Source: Botryllus schlosseri (Eukaryota). From it: a stretch of DNA of 60,000 nt. Shown one piece after another: positions 41,031 to 54,800 of the stretch (positions are counted from its first letter, which is position 1; each line of letters opens with the position of its first letter). The notes under the pieces are model-generated. The model searched no databases, was not told where the DNA came from, and saw nothing but the letters and a program-made list of their open reading frames with translations. The position numbers were made by a program, and so were the translations under genes. Location of the stretch: assembly GCA_051294905.1 (NCBI GenBank), contig CM119372.1:18726001-18786000 (forward strand), in the 5' to 3' direction.

Positions 41031-42829
41031 TAAGAAAAAAAAGTTGGATTTGAAGTAAATATTTGGATATATACGCGTACTGTTTATATTCTATATGCGG
41101 CTCACCTCGTAATCGTAATAATCGTCTGATTATATTTTGTTGAAACATTTTCAGCGATTTAGGATATAGATGAGGAATGTCAATCATGGTAGGAAAGATA
41201 TTTTAAATTTATTTTTCATAAGAGAAAGAGTTGAATTTGTAATTGAAATAAGGATTTGGATTTATGCGCGGACTGATAATAATATTGTACATGCGACTGA
41301 CTTCATAATCAAGAAAATCATGATTATCTTTTGATTGAAACATCTTAAAATTTAGGATATAGATAAGGAATTTCAATGTTGAAAGTAGGCTACTATACAG
41401 GAAAGATATTTTGAATTTCGTTTTCATAAGAAAGAGAGTTGGATTTGTAATTGAAGTACAGATTTGGATTTATGCGCGGACTGACCTTATTTTGCATGTC
41501 GCGACTGACCTTATTTTGCATGTGACTGACCTTATTTTGCATGTCGCGACTGACCTTATTTTGCATGTTTTTGACCTTATTTTGCATGTCATCGCACCAA
41601 CCCTCCTCCGGACTTTCGGAGTCGTGCGCCATCTCTGAATTTTGCACTGATGGCACCAGAGAGCATCTTGACATGGGCCCGATAACATCCAGCAGCTATT
41701 CGTTGCGCTGCTTTAATATTCATATTATTATGTGAAAAATATTACACAGTGCTTATAATTATATTTAGATTTTCTGTTGTAACATACCATTGTTCTATGA
41801 ATATATTACCACAGAACTGCTGCCATTGCATTCGGTAACTAATGAATATCTTTCATAAAATGCAACAATCACTGACCTTCTAGATCTCTTTCAGGTTGAT
41901 TCACTGGTAATATAATGGGATTCAAGTAATTACTCGCATATTTGTTATGGCTGTCTGATCAGTGATTGCAGCACTGGTTATAGAAAATTCGGCAGATGGC
42001 GGTAAAATAGATGAATGATTTGCGCAGTTGTGCATGTGACAGGAGAAACACTAACAAGACAACGGTAACGACGAAGATTGCGCAAGCGACGTGGACAACG
42101 CTGCGGATGCCGAACATAAATCTTGGAGGATAACAACGACGTGAAGACTCGTTTGTGACATTTCTATCGCGCGTTTCGGATACTGATAAAATCTTCGTCC
42201 GCAGTTTGTGTCGGCTTCATCGGTGTCATCGCGATAATCGCAGTCGTTTTTGCAACGTCGACATCTTCGTCGTATCGTCTACTTAGTTAATGCAACCCCC
42301 GTCGTTTTGCCGGACCAGTCGCGCTTTCGGGGTGTTGTTTTCTGTGGAGACGCTGACGCTTGTCATGCTTCGTTTCATTCGGGGTTTGGGGCTATTGAGG
42401 TGGGCGGAAGATCCCATGCAAAGATAATACAAAAATATAAACATAAATACATTTTGTGAAAAAGATACGCGGATTTTTTTAGTCTGGTAAAGTATCGCGA
42501 CAGTTGCACGGGTTCGGACATGCTGCCCTGTCCTGCTGCAATTTTGGACTTGAGATAAAATGTTACATCGCATCTTGCTTTTGTCATTGCTTATCGATCA
42601 TTGTTATCTTTTTACGTGAATCATATGGAAAGAATAATAAACTCTACTGTATTATCTGTAGAATGAATATTGATGATGTGAGGAGTCCTGTTATTAGTCG
42701 AAGAGGCATTGACTCATAATTCATTTTGGGATTCTACTAATTTACTATGCGTAAGTGACGATTTATAATTTCCTGATTTCGTCAATAGAATGCGTTAGTT
42801 GATGGCTTAATCCATTCCTATTGAAGGAA

Positions 42830-45800
42830 ATGTCTTCTGCAAACGATTCCCAACCAGTACAGGAGGAAGAGTGTAGAAGTCGTGATGTCAAGTCATCCAA
42901 AGAAAAGAAACGCCGGTAACATTAATTTTCAGATACGAAGATGTCAGTATTCATGCAAAACCATTCCTAAATGTGATCTTTTATATAACAGTCGGCGTAG
43001 TCGCAGTAAGCAGAAGGAAACTCCAGAAGCTCCTGTGACCGAAGGAGAATTGCCTGCTGAGGAAGATGGAAACAATTCGAATTCTTCGACCCCAATTTAT
43101 GAAAGATCTGACGACTCTATATACCCGGTGTATGCAATTGATAACTAAATATTCCACTTTTTTAATGCTTAATACTCAGTGATATAGGTCTTTCTATGCA
43201 TTAAAATTGGAGTAGCCTACCTCAAATTTCCAAATTTATTCATGCATAAAACAATATATTTAGTATTCCGAGCATTGGCAAGTTGATTTTTTTTTCTGCT
43301 GCAATTACCTGTTTATGGGTTTGGTTCAAATATCCAGAAATTTTTGCAAAACTTTCACATGTGAGAAACATGATCTTTAAAGCTCGCTGATTAACGTGGG
43401 AAGATATCTGCTACCTTTCTCTTTTTTTATCAAAGTAGCTTATGTCGATTTTAAGCATTTTGAGAAAATTAACTTTATGTAAAGTTTTCATTTTCTTTCG
43501 GCCATATAGCGACGATATTTGACTTTGCAACAATGTGACAAGCATGGTTTTGACCACGTCCGAAAAACTTTACCAAAACTTTATTTTCTATCAATTTGAA
43601 AAATGGATCTCCAAATTTGAAAAAATGAACATAAGCTACTTTTATTCCACCACGGCGATATAGCAAAGTCAGCAGAATCATACCAACATTCAACAGTGTG
43701 GATGATACTTCCCAAATATTCTTTTTGATTCTCTCCAATATATTCAATTTGATATCAGTCAAAATTTTGGAAAAATTGCCATGTAAATTTCGGGAATTAT
43801 TCATAATAATTATAATTCTTTTTATTGGGTGACACGGTGACGGTGACTATCCCTTGTATTTTTTACGAGTCTGATAAGTTTAATACTTACTATCCTTGCG
43901 CAAAATCTTTTTGAATTGTGATCTGCCTTTATTAATCCTAGTGTAACATTTCTTATTTTGAGGTCGAAATATCAGATATAATCGAAGTTTGGGTTTGTAG
44001 AATCATGTCATATGACGTGTCTTACGTTTTTCATTTTAATTCCATTACACAAAACATAGTTAATATTAATGTGAATATCCAACCTGTGTTTCAGAGGCGG
44101 GACTCGATGTGCGTTTTGCTACTGTGGGGAGAAAAGCTTGCTGGGGCAAGGCGATTTAACCCGCTATAGTCCGTCGTCTGGCTTCAATCCTTTCAAAAAA
44201 CCGCCCCTCAGAGCTAGAGGTAGCCGAGAAATGCTGTATGGCTCGTCACCTGGCTCCAGTGGATCCCAAGATAATTACCTCAATATGGAAAAAGTTACAA
44301 AGACAGCGGCTCAAAGGAGAGGTAGCAAGCAAATGTATGTTGGATATACTTGTACCGAATTCTGTTAAAGACGTTCAGCTGATAATTTACATTTAGGCGA
44401 GAGACCATGAAAGCTGTACCCAAACCGAACGAGTATGTTGATGAACTTTCTACTGTTGGATCGTCAGAGGTTTTGGATGTTGGACTCGTGTTTGAACCTT
44501 CGGGTGAGCGTGTGTATGCGAGCGATGCTCTGTAACCTGGGATCTGGTAAATGGCAAACAGGAGACAAAGTATTACGGCACACCAAATCAATTATAGAGC
44601 AGAATGGAACGGATGTAAAGTAGCCCACTCTAGTAACTTTTTAATAGTTTCTGTTGGCAAGTCGTACATTTGGTGTTTGTTAAATATGACCCGTGACATG
44701 CAGCCCATTATTGAGTAATGCAGGGTGGTTACTAATGCTACGTAGACTAATATTTCGAGAATATTTCCCATGGTTGCTCACCCGTTATGACTGTATTTTT
44801 CCGGAAAAGCAATGCAAATTTTCACTTCACATTTTCAGGCGGGATCTTAATACTATTTGACGGTTTGAAGTGTAAGATAATAGGTATGAATTTCTGAAAT
44901 AGAAAAAAAATTGGACCAACTCGTAGATATATTATATTAAGTCCTTGTTGTTGTTAGTATCAGAAGTAGAAGGAAACTACTCTTATCATTGTACGAAATT
45001 ATCCTACCGATACTCTACATTCATGTGAGGTATCTAGTATAATTGGAGTATTGCCACTTTACAGGACACGTGACGGCTCACCATTGCTGCGCCGCCTGGT
45101 CGGAAGGCGTGACTCAGAATGAAAGCTACAATCTACTGTGCGTTGATAAGGTGGTGTTTTACGCGGTTGGGTATGTCTCGGGTTTTTACATTGCTCTTTT
45201 CCAGGCTGTCCACGCCGGAATGTCCCAACGCTGTCACTCGTGCTCGAGATACGGCGCTACCATCAAGTGCCGGGCACCCAAGTGCGAGCGCTTATTCCAC
45301 TATCCATGCGCTGCTGGGAGCGGCTGTTTCCAGGTAATTTGTGTTTCGCCCTCAAATTCTTCAAGCAGTAAGCGACCTCCTGGACGCTATGTCCAATGTG
45401 CGTAGACTACGTGAGATGTATGAAAGTAAATAATCGGACTATACTTAATCTACCTGTTTGTTGTCGGATTTTTTAATGCATATGCAAATATTTTTGAATT
45501 TTGTATCATTTTATTGCTAATTCCTAATGTATGATCCACTAAATCAGAGTGGCGCGAAAGGGGGGTTACCGATGTGGGCTAGACTAAGTTCAAATGGGTT
45601 TTAAGAGAGTGCCAAGCACAAATAGACTCGTATGCTGACTTTGAGAATGGATATTTTGGACAAGATTTTTAAATTTATTCAATGACTTAATGATCACGCT
45701 TGATGCGATTTCATTTCTGTTATTTGCGATTTATATTGTAGTTCGATATTGAATTTCGTTAAGAAATCTGGCCATTGCAGGTACCAATTCTTGAGATTGT

Positions 45801-48800
45801 CGACTATTAGAAAGCGCATGTGCAACCCTCGGTGTTACCGTGTTATCTATATCTGGTCCAGTTTCAAAAAAGGTTGCACACATCTGCAGTACAAGCTTGT
45901 CTTTAATTCTTTGGTTTCCTGTGCCATATGTTAATTGCAGTACGACTAGTTTCGGAATAATTTCTTGGTCTTGAAATTGCGTCAGTGACTTGTTAGCCTG
46001 TGAACTGACTACCATTCCTTCGAACACAGGATATAAAGTCGATGTCTTTGCTTTGCACGGATCATTTGGAGCTAGCTTCTACAATTGCTGATCCCGACGA
46101 ATTGAACTGCGCCGTCTGTGACAGTCCAGGTGACAATGCCTATTATTAACATATGTAGAGAGTTATTTAGAAAAGAAATTGGTTTGCCGCTTGAACAATG
46201 TACCACAATCTATGCTCCTTGCATTGCTCTGATTGCGTAAAGGCTGTTTTGCTGCCTCTGGTACTTGTTCTTGGAACTCGCACTGCATAACGTATTCACT
46301 GAAAGCTGATGCAAACCTACTTGAGGAATGCCTCTTCAAAGGGATGTGTTGTTTCTTTATTAAGTAGTAGCGCAAACTCAAAATGACCCCTTGGTGTTTT
46401 TAATTTGCATTTAATGGCAAGAAGCGATCATTCTGTTTTAGAATGCGGTTGCCTACCAGATGCATACCGTACTAATATTATTTAGGTCTGTGTATAAAAT
46501 TTGATTGAGAAGTGATTTTGTTGCCGCCTGCTCAACTAGCCAAAATCAGACCACCACTGATTTCAAATGTGAAGATGATTCTCATATATCTAACCTTTCC
46601 CACAAATAATTTTTGATAGTGTAGAAATTTAGGCTACACTGATCTTAAAATTTTTCTTCATAATGAGACGGGTTCTGAGACAGTATATAAGTTTCCTAGA
46701 TTCCTGATTGGCCATTTTTCAATGATTGAAATGGATGAATTGTTGCATAATTTTAGAAATATCGTCTTTCAGTTATTTCGCAGAATTATTGTTTGATTCT
46801 GGATCGAGCCAGACTCATTCAGACCTTTGACTTCATTTACGTATTATCTCATTTTCCAGGTAGCAAAGGCCTGTCGATATCAATCAACACTCTAACTAGG
46901 GTGTTCCCCGGATTTATTTACGCAAAAAATCACTACTGATCCATTAGTCCGTCATATTACTATGATCGGTAAACAGATATGCTATGTGTTATTGATTGTA
47001 ATAGTAGGTCCGCCTCCAACATGCATTTGTTGAAACTTTGTCAAGTCTTATTAATATGGAAGTAACTGTGCAAGGCACGGCCGATATTATCAACAACAGA
47101 TGGCTGATGCTGAAGCCTGATATTGAATTGTTCTACGAAATGAACTCAAGAGGGTAATTTACAGTTAAATCTCATTAATTACCCCCTCCCCCGTAATGAT
47201 ATAATTCCCCTGGTCCATATTCAGATGGCATGTTCAGAACAAATTGACCGTGATTAAGGTTGAGTGTTCTTCATAAATAATAATAATTCAAGTGAATAAT
47301 ATGTCGACATGTCAGAACACTTGTCACGGCAGATGTCCAGCCAGTTCAGGCAGAAAAAATATATCACTGCTAATGCAGCAGGTAGTAGCTTTACAATAAT
47401 CTATTGTTTCTTTCTGGCAGGTCAAATATCGGATCTTTTGTTTTGTACGTCCTGCGGCCACCATTATCACGGCGACTGCCTGTATCCGCACGTTGACGTC
47501 AACCCGATGGTGCGGGCAGGTTGGCAGTGTCCAGAGTGCAAAATATGTCAGACATGCAGGTATACCTTTGTTTTATATTTCATCTCTAATGCCCGTCTAT
47601 GACAAGTGACAGTGGCGCGTATATTGATGAGACATGATGTTAGGCGTAATGTCGTTGCCAGGGAAGGGCATATATCTTGAACCGAGCTTCGTATTTCAAG
47701 TTTTCGCCGCTTTTCTCACAAATAGTCCAATTTCATATTTTTTTCGTAATTTCGTCATTTTCAACAAGTATAATGAAAAATAAATACTTGCGTCGAGCAA
47801 TAATGACAACAACAATCTGCATGTACTTCTTCGTTCACACGCTTTCCACAGATATGTGTCTGAATTTTGAGTTTCTGCGTTCTGTTCCTTGTTTATAGTT
47901 CTTGTCAATTCACAATGGATTGATTATTCTTCATCAATTCGAGCCTATCAATTAGAATCCTGCTTGAGTCGTTGTAGGTCGTCGTGACGATACTAGGTAT
48001 AGGTGCATATGCATAGGCAAGTTTTCACTTGGGCTGGACAGAATCGAGTACCTGAATGCTTCGATTCCAAATAGAGTATTAAAATTGGAGTTGAGTTTTT
48101 GATTATCAATCATTATCATGCCACACACATATGGAAAAGCCGAAATGGGTTTGGTACCTTACATTTGAACGCAACTTGATCAGAAATAATTTCATGTGTG
48201 TCTGAATGTCTACCAAAATACAACGCATTGTGACAACGCCGTGGGATGACCGGCACTTCACAAAAATCATTTTTCCAGGTGAGAAACGTATTAGTTTAGT
48301 AATTGTTTAATTGACTTGCACTGCTTTACCCGAATCATTAATAACAATACCGCACTCAAGTTCAAGTACTCGGATCACTGTGCTCAGCCCTAGTCGTCAG
48401 CGGCGAGCAACCCATTTCTACTCTGAGAACTTGCCTATTACTCTAATAGCAACTTATCTCTGTTTCTTAGTCTGTTCAGTGCTTACAGTGCTCCCCCTTA
48501 ACCAACCCTCTTGTATAGTTTGAATCGAACGAATATAGTTGATGCGTTTATATTTTCATGGGTGTGTGGATTGGTAGTGCATTATACCATATCAATTTGT
48601 TTCAACTTCTCGACGCTTTGTATTCAATCCTCTAATTTGGCTGATAATACCAGACTGTAGCATACCGCTATACAGTTACTCGGGTGTTTTTTTAGCAGTT
48701 GTAGGTGTGCGGGAGCGATACGATGCCTTTTCGGATGTATAGTTAACTTTATATTCGTTGTTTGATTCAAGATAAATGTTGTTCGATTAATCTGTCTTTC

Positions 48801-51800
48801 ACACAACTTGCAAAATTTAACAACTCTGAATCATCACTCATACGTCGAAAATTCAATTTGACTTGAATTGTGACTTGACTCGTGACTGACTTGACTCGAG
48901 TCACCTTCGAAAATCGATCAACTTGAGTTGACTCGAGTCAAAATGTGCAATGACTCGTGACTTGACGGTAGCGACTTGATCCCAACACTGCTCAGTAGTA
49001 CTATGCCATTGAACAGGCTATGCCCATGAAGGTGTAGTACAGAGATTCCTATCCATAAATGAGATTACAGAACACGCATGTCTGAAAAGCCCCAAAACCC
49101 GACGCGTTGTCTCGAGCATTTGTGGTTTGATATTGGCGTAACGTTCCGTTGTTTTCATCGGCAGGCAACCCGGCGACGATAATAAGATGTTGGTTTGTGA
49201 TGCTTGCGACAAAGGATACCACACCTTCTGTCTGCGACCCGCCATGACGTTTATCCCGAAAAACGGATGGTGCTGTAAAGTGAGAGTTTATACTTATTGT
49301 ATTTGCGTGACCGCCATGACTTCAATAGCACATGCGTTCTCTCTGTAGATGTGCAGACGATGTACGGACTGCGGATCGAGGACACCCGGCAATGGGCCTA
49401 GTTCACGATGGCACATTAATTATCAGGTATGTCCCCACGTCCATGAGATTTGAGCCGTCGGTTCATTTTTGTGTCATTTCTAAACAGATTGTTGTTAGAT
49501 TTGAGAGAACAACACCTCAAATCAAATGTCAAACTTGAGTATTTTGGCCCTGCTCTGAGCTAAATAATGGAGCCATTTTTCTTACTTGTATTCAAGTGCC
49601 TATGACATCATATTTGGTAATACAAATGTTGTTATACAAAGTTCTTTTGAATTCTCTACTACTTGTTGACTATAACCCCTGTGTCAGTGTCAGCCAAAAT
49701 ATTCAGGTTTATTTCGATTTGAATGTATTATTCAATGGCAATCTGAAGTTCTGCACCTCCAGGAGCCTCTTCAAGCACTGCGTTTTGCATTCTAAATCGC
49801 TTCGATGAAGCTTCCCACTAGATAGTATAGCACAATTTCACAATGTACTTGCTTCGCTCGATAGTAGCTTGCTCATGGCTGTACGAAAATGAGTGGAATT
49901 TTCGTATATTTTTTTAATTGGTAATGGCAGAAATGGTAAGGATGATAATTTGGTGGAATCGATGATGTGACAAAGCTGGAAAAGCAAAATTGTAAATTGG
50001 GTTATCGGGTCCTGATTCCACTCTTCTTGCAGGTTTGCGACAAATGCTACCAGCTACGAAACAAGGGCCATTCCTGCCCGGTGTGCAGTAAAGCTTATCG
50101 CAACATTCCGGCGTCTCGTGTTGAGATGGGACTCTGTACCAGCTGCAATAAATACGTAAGCCTACATGTTCTGGGATTTCTTGAACCATCAGCCTAATTT
50201 TGGAACTGAAAACGGTTGGGAAAACAGCCTATAGATCAGAGGTCTCAAACTCAAATGTGCTCACGGGCCAATTTCCAGTTTTTGATGACGCCGCGGGCCG
50301 CAGCATCAATAATAGGGTTATTCAATGTATAATTTCCAAGTATATAGCCCTTGTTTGACGGAAGCTTGCGGACAGGCATTCCACAAATATCGTGAAAATA
50401 TAATTTAGTAATTATTGTACTATTCACGCTTGACACGGAAAAAATCACATTTTCAAATATTTTAATAAAATTGTTTTGTGCCGGGCATAATTTGTTAAAA
50501 TAATGAGTTATAGACATCATGTGAGAGGATGCATAATGACATTGTCAAACTGTCGGGTTGTAATATTGCAGCTAGTGGACTTTTGACGTGCCAAAATTTC
50601 GTGCAGACCATTTTAAAATCTACTGAAGATTGATCTGATATCAGAGCGGTGTTGCCCAATCCTGTTTTTGATGTATTCGTGATAAGTATGCTATTGTTAC
50701 TGTCATTGCCAAAGTCAAATGAAATCAGCATTCGATTTTGCGTCCGATTATTACTGGAACATGTCAATAACAACTTAAACATAATCATTATTGAGCCATA
50801 GTAATAGCATTGTTTCTGAACTTTAGCGATCGTATCCCTCGTGCTTGCAATAAGATTTCTCGTAGCCCCTGTTCATTTTCAACACAATTTCTAATGGTAG
50901 GGCCTACATAGGCCTACCTACCTATAATAAAATCAGAAAGCACATTCACCGTACTACGCGCGAAGACCATTTTCCAGTTGAATAAATTGGCCAAGAAATA
51001 TTCCACAGCATATAGGCCTAATTCCACAATGCATCTCCCTGATGTGGGGCTTCGTACCCCGAAGGGTCTACGGACCCTGGTTAAGAGCCCCTGGAATAGA
51101 AACGTCCAATCGTCGATCAATTCATTGGTGTTACAGCTGTGGAGCGTACTACTAACTTACTCGTCACCAGTAATAACATAGATGAAGAAAACAAACAACA
51201 CCCAGCAGCATGTTACAACTATACGTCACAGGGGTCTCACAATACCGATGGTTGCCATACTGACCTGATAAGATAGCTAGATACCATACGCAACGAAAGC
51301 TACCACCTTTTGATATATCACTATTCCCCATGATAGTTTCATAGATTGTTGCGTCCGTAGGATTACCAAGTCACCGTTCCGAGTCGCAAGTCCCTGTGTG
51401 ATTTTAACGGTTGCCCGACTCAACTCGAGTCCGTTTTATTTCTTAATCACCCAGTCAATCCGAAATCGAGTAATTTTACGAAAGGTCGCACCAAACCAAA
51501 TCTGAATTTTCAATCACAAATCAGCAATGGGTCAAGTTTTATCATCATGAACTAGAAATGTAATAGCTGATCTTCTACCGCATGGTAGCTTTTAAAAGTG
51601 ATGTGATGGAGTAGTTCGTGGAGATTTCAGTGGTTTTTATAGTAGTTTCAGAGTGAACTTCGAATTTTTATATCTAAATGAGATATGTGGCACTTGACCA
51701 TATTGTCGAATACTTGAAATTTCATAATGCCGTCGCGGGCCGCACAAAATGTTCTCGAGGGCCGCATGCGGCCCGCGGGCCGCGTGTTTGAGACCTCTGC

Positions 51801-54800
51801 TATAGATATTGATCAGTGATCACATACGAGTTAGATTGTGTTATGGACATCTCGGTGGTCATAGTAGGCGGTGTTGCTACTCAGTAGATGTAAAAGTAGG
51901 CCTACTGTAACCGCAAATTTCTGTTCAATTAGTAGTAGTAGCGGTACCGACTTCCAAGAAAATAAAGATTTGAAGTAGCTAAGCCTTAAAAATTGTCAAG
52001 TAGAAGAGGAATTCGTCTAAAAACAGGTAGTGTAAGCAGGGTTGTAATAACTCGAGTCGCGATTATTTGGTGACTCGACTTGACTCGAGTCATTTTTCAA
52101 ATGCGTAAATGACTTGACTCGAGTAAATTTTTGTATTGACTCGACTTGACTCGAGTCATTTTTCAAATGCGTAAATGACTTGACTCGAGTAAATTTTTGT
52201 ATTGACTCGACTTGTGCTCGAGTCATTGTGCAAGACTCGAACCAAGTCATATGACTCGAGACTAGAACGGCCAAGACAGACATTTCACTGTAACCTGGAA
52301 GCATAGTTAGTTAAGTTACCACATTATTGGCATTTCGTCTATCAGTCTTTGAAAATAGGGCCAGAAACTGTTGAGACCGAGGAAAATTACTGTTTTGAAT
52401 GTGAGCCATTCCATATGCCTCGAGCAGGGTTGAAAAAAGTAAGTTGAAGCGGACTGTACTGAAAACTGAACAGTCAACATAATGACTTGGACTTGGACTC
52501 GGACTTGACTCGGTGGTGAATTGAAAATGACTCGACGTGACTCGAGTAGTTGAGATTGCCTTGTGACTTGGTGACTTGGTACAACCCTGATTGTCACACA
52601 GTCAAAACTTGCCTTGGTACTTTGAAAAGTAGAAGTACTTTGTATCTGACCACCTCTAGTAATAAACAATATAGCCTTGTAATGCTCCGAAAGATTATTA
52701 TTGTCAAAACGATATCCAATGTGCCAGACACGACACTATCAACCTATCAAAATGTATTGAGTGCTATATTACATACTTTGGTATCAAAAAATTTTTGGTT
52801 GGAAACATTTCATCAGCAAAACAGCACTCGATTCATTGAGTATGAGCGCACCTTATGTACCGAAGAGACATAGTAGAAGCCATCTGTTCCGAGCCTCTCT
52901 ACGATAACATCAAACGTTGGCGTTGTTTCTCTAGGTTCATTGGACTTGCGAGGAGGAAATCTACCTGGACGCGTGTCAGAACGCGTCTGACGATTACAAG
53001 TGCCCGCCGTGCCGTAACCCGCCAGCTATGGCCGTCTCCGACGTCATCATGGCTGAATTGTCTCCTCAACCGGCGCCACCGGAAGCTACTGCACCGGCGG
53101 CCGAAGAACCCGTTCCGCCGCCCTTACCGGAGCCGGCGAAAGACGCGGAGCCGAAGGAGCCCGCTGCTCCCGTGGAAGTGATCGCGCGACCGCCGACGCC
53201 GACCAATGTGTGCGCCGCCACGAGGAAGCGAGCCAGCACTTCTTCAAGTGTCGGGTCGGATAAAGGAGGCTGCGCTCTCAAAGGTATGTTCATTCGTTCG
53301 TGGACGCTGGACATATCAACATGCGAGCGGATTAGAATTGGAATTACAGCTACAAAGATTTTTCCGCATTGGAGTCAAATTAGAATTAGCCTATAGCAAC
53401 GCGGGTTTTTTCCAAGTTAGATTAGAATTAGAGTCACTGAATTTGCGAAAACTTTGACATTGCATCAAGTTCCGTTCATATGAAGTCAGTGTTCATTCTT
53501 ATGCGCATAGCATGAGAATAGCAAATGTCTGTACAACAAGCTTGGCTCGTTTATCCGCTGTACACTTCTCTTGTTGCATTTGCAGGAAAACCAAAAATTA
53601 TATTAGAATTAAAATTCGAGTATAGAAACATTTCACAAATTAAATTAGAATTAGAACAAAGGGACATTTTACAATTATTAGAATAAAATTAGAATGCCGG
53701 CATTTTGCTCTAATTAGCCAACTAGAACCATCCAGTTGTCCCAGTCTACATGCGAGATAATAGCATGTAACGCTTGCTCATGTGGGTTTGGGTTAGATTT
53801 AGGGTTAGGTCCGGGTTTGTGTAAGGTTTCGTTTTGGGGCTAGGGTTAGGATTAGTGTTGGGGTTTAAGCACCGAATGCTCAATTGTCGTTTTTTATTGT
53901 TTCGCATGCCACTCAAATGATGGGCCACCGTGTTCATTGGGTTTTCTCCTGTCACTGGGCCTTGTCGAGCCGTGTGTGTACATGTGAAACTATCATAAAT
54001 TTTACCATAGTCCTTTATCGTCGGAAATTGACACTTATCGAGACTTTTCACTGTAACGGATGTACCTTTTTCGCCGCAGGTAGCAGCCTTGATCCGATGC
54101 TAAGCGTCGGGGACAATAGCAACGATCCAAGCGGATTCGTGAGGGATGCGGAAATGTCGTCTCCGCCGCCCAAGATTCGTCACCTCAGTTTGGAAGAAAG
54201 CTCGACACCAAAGAACAAAACCATGTCGCAAGCCTCAGCGGACGGGAACCTGGGAAACCTTTTCCACGACGACAACGCCCAAGTATATATTTCTATCGCT
54301 GTTTGTGTTGTCAGTTACGGTCGGATTATGACGTTGATATTCCGCAGAGCTCTTTGTGGGGGCTGCGTGATATTGTATTTGTCATTGCTTATATTGGACG
54401 ATTGTGTAACGTCACAATTTCAGGATTATGTACGTTGCGGTGTGACTTTGTGAGAGCATAATGTTGGCTTAATGTATTTTGCATCTACCTCGTTGTATCA
54501 ACATGTCCATTTTTGGAATTACAGTGAATTTTATAAGTGAATGATGCTATGCGGTGCCGTCCCATCTACTTACTGCATTCGTGACTGTCCTGCTTTCGTC
54601 ATATGCCACTTATGAGTTGTTTCACCAAGATTTGATGTTCAGTCGTTCTGATCGAAACGATTTTCTTGCAATTAAAATGACCGCTATCAAATGTTAATCG
54701 AACTCTCCCAAATTTGGTGTTCTGAATATTACTCATATTCAATTTCAGGACGCTATATCTCTGTTCGGCATGGACTCTCTCCCGCAATCGTCAACAAAAC

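Larger units (their letters stand above)
29612..41608. mobile_element. ~12-kb foldback-type (FB/Rehavkus-MULE-like) element with long modular TIRs
   Basis: agggttggtgcgatgacatgc (29615) is the reverse complement of gcatgtcatcgcaccaaccct (ends 41604). Arms are near-identical through the outer repeats, the ~450-bp spacer and into the inner arrays. The 9-bp direct repeat cggactttc lies at 29603-29611 and 41609-41617. No intact transposase ORF seen. Confidence 0.85.

Noticed and set aside
41959..41961. In-frame TGA as possible selenocysteine/readthrough codon
   Set aside because: No SECIS evidence, and the surrounding locus has further stops and a large insertion; pseudogenisation is the simpler explanation.
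53780..53870. Telomere-like (TTAGGG-type) degenerate repeats
   Set aside because: Short, irregular and intronic; typical of internal repeats of small DNA elements rather than a telomeric array.
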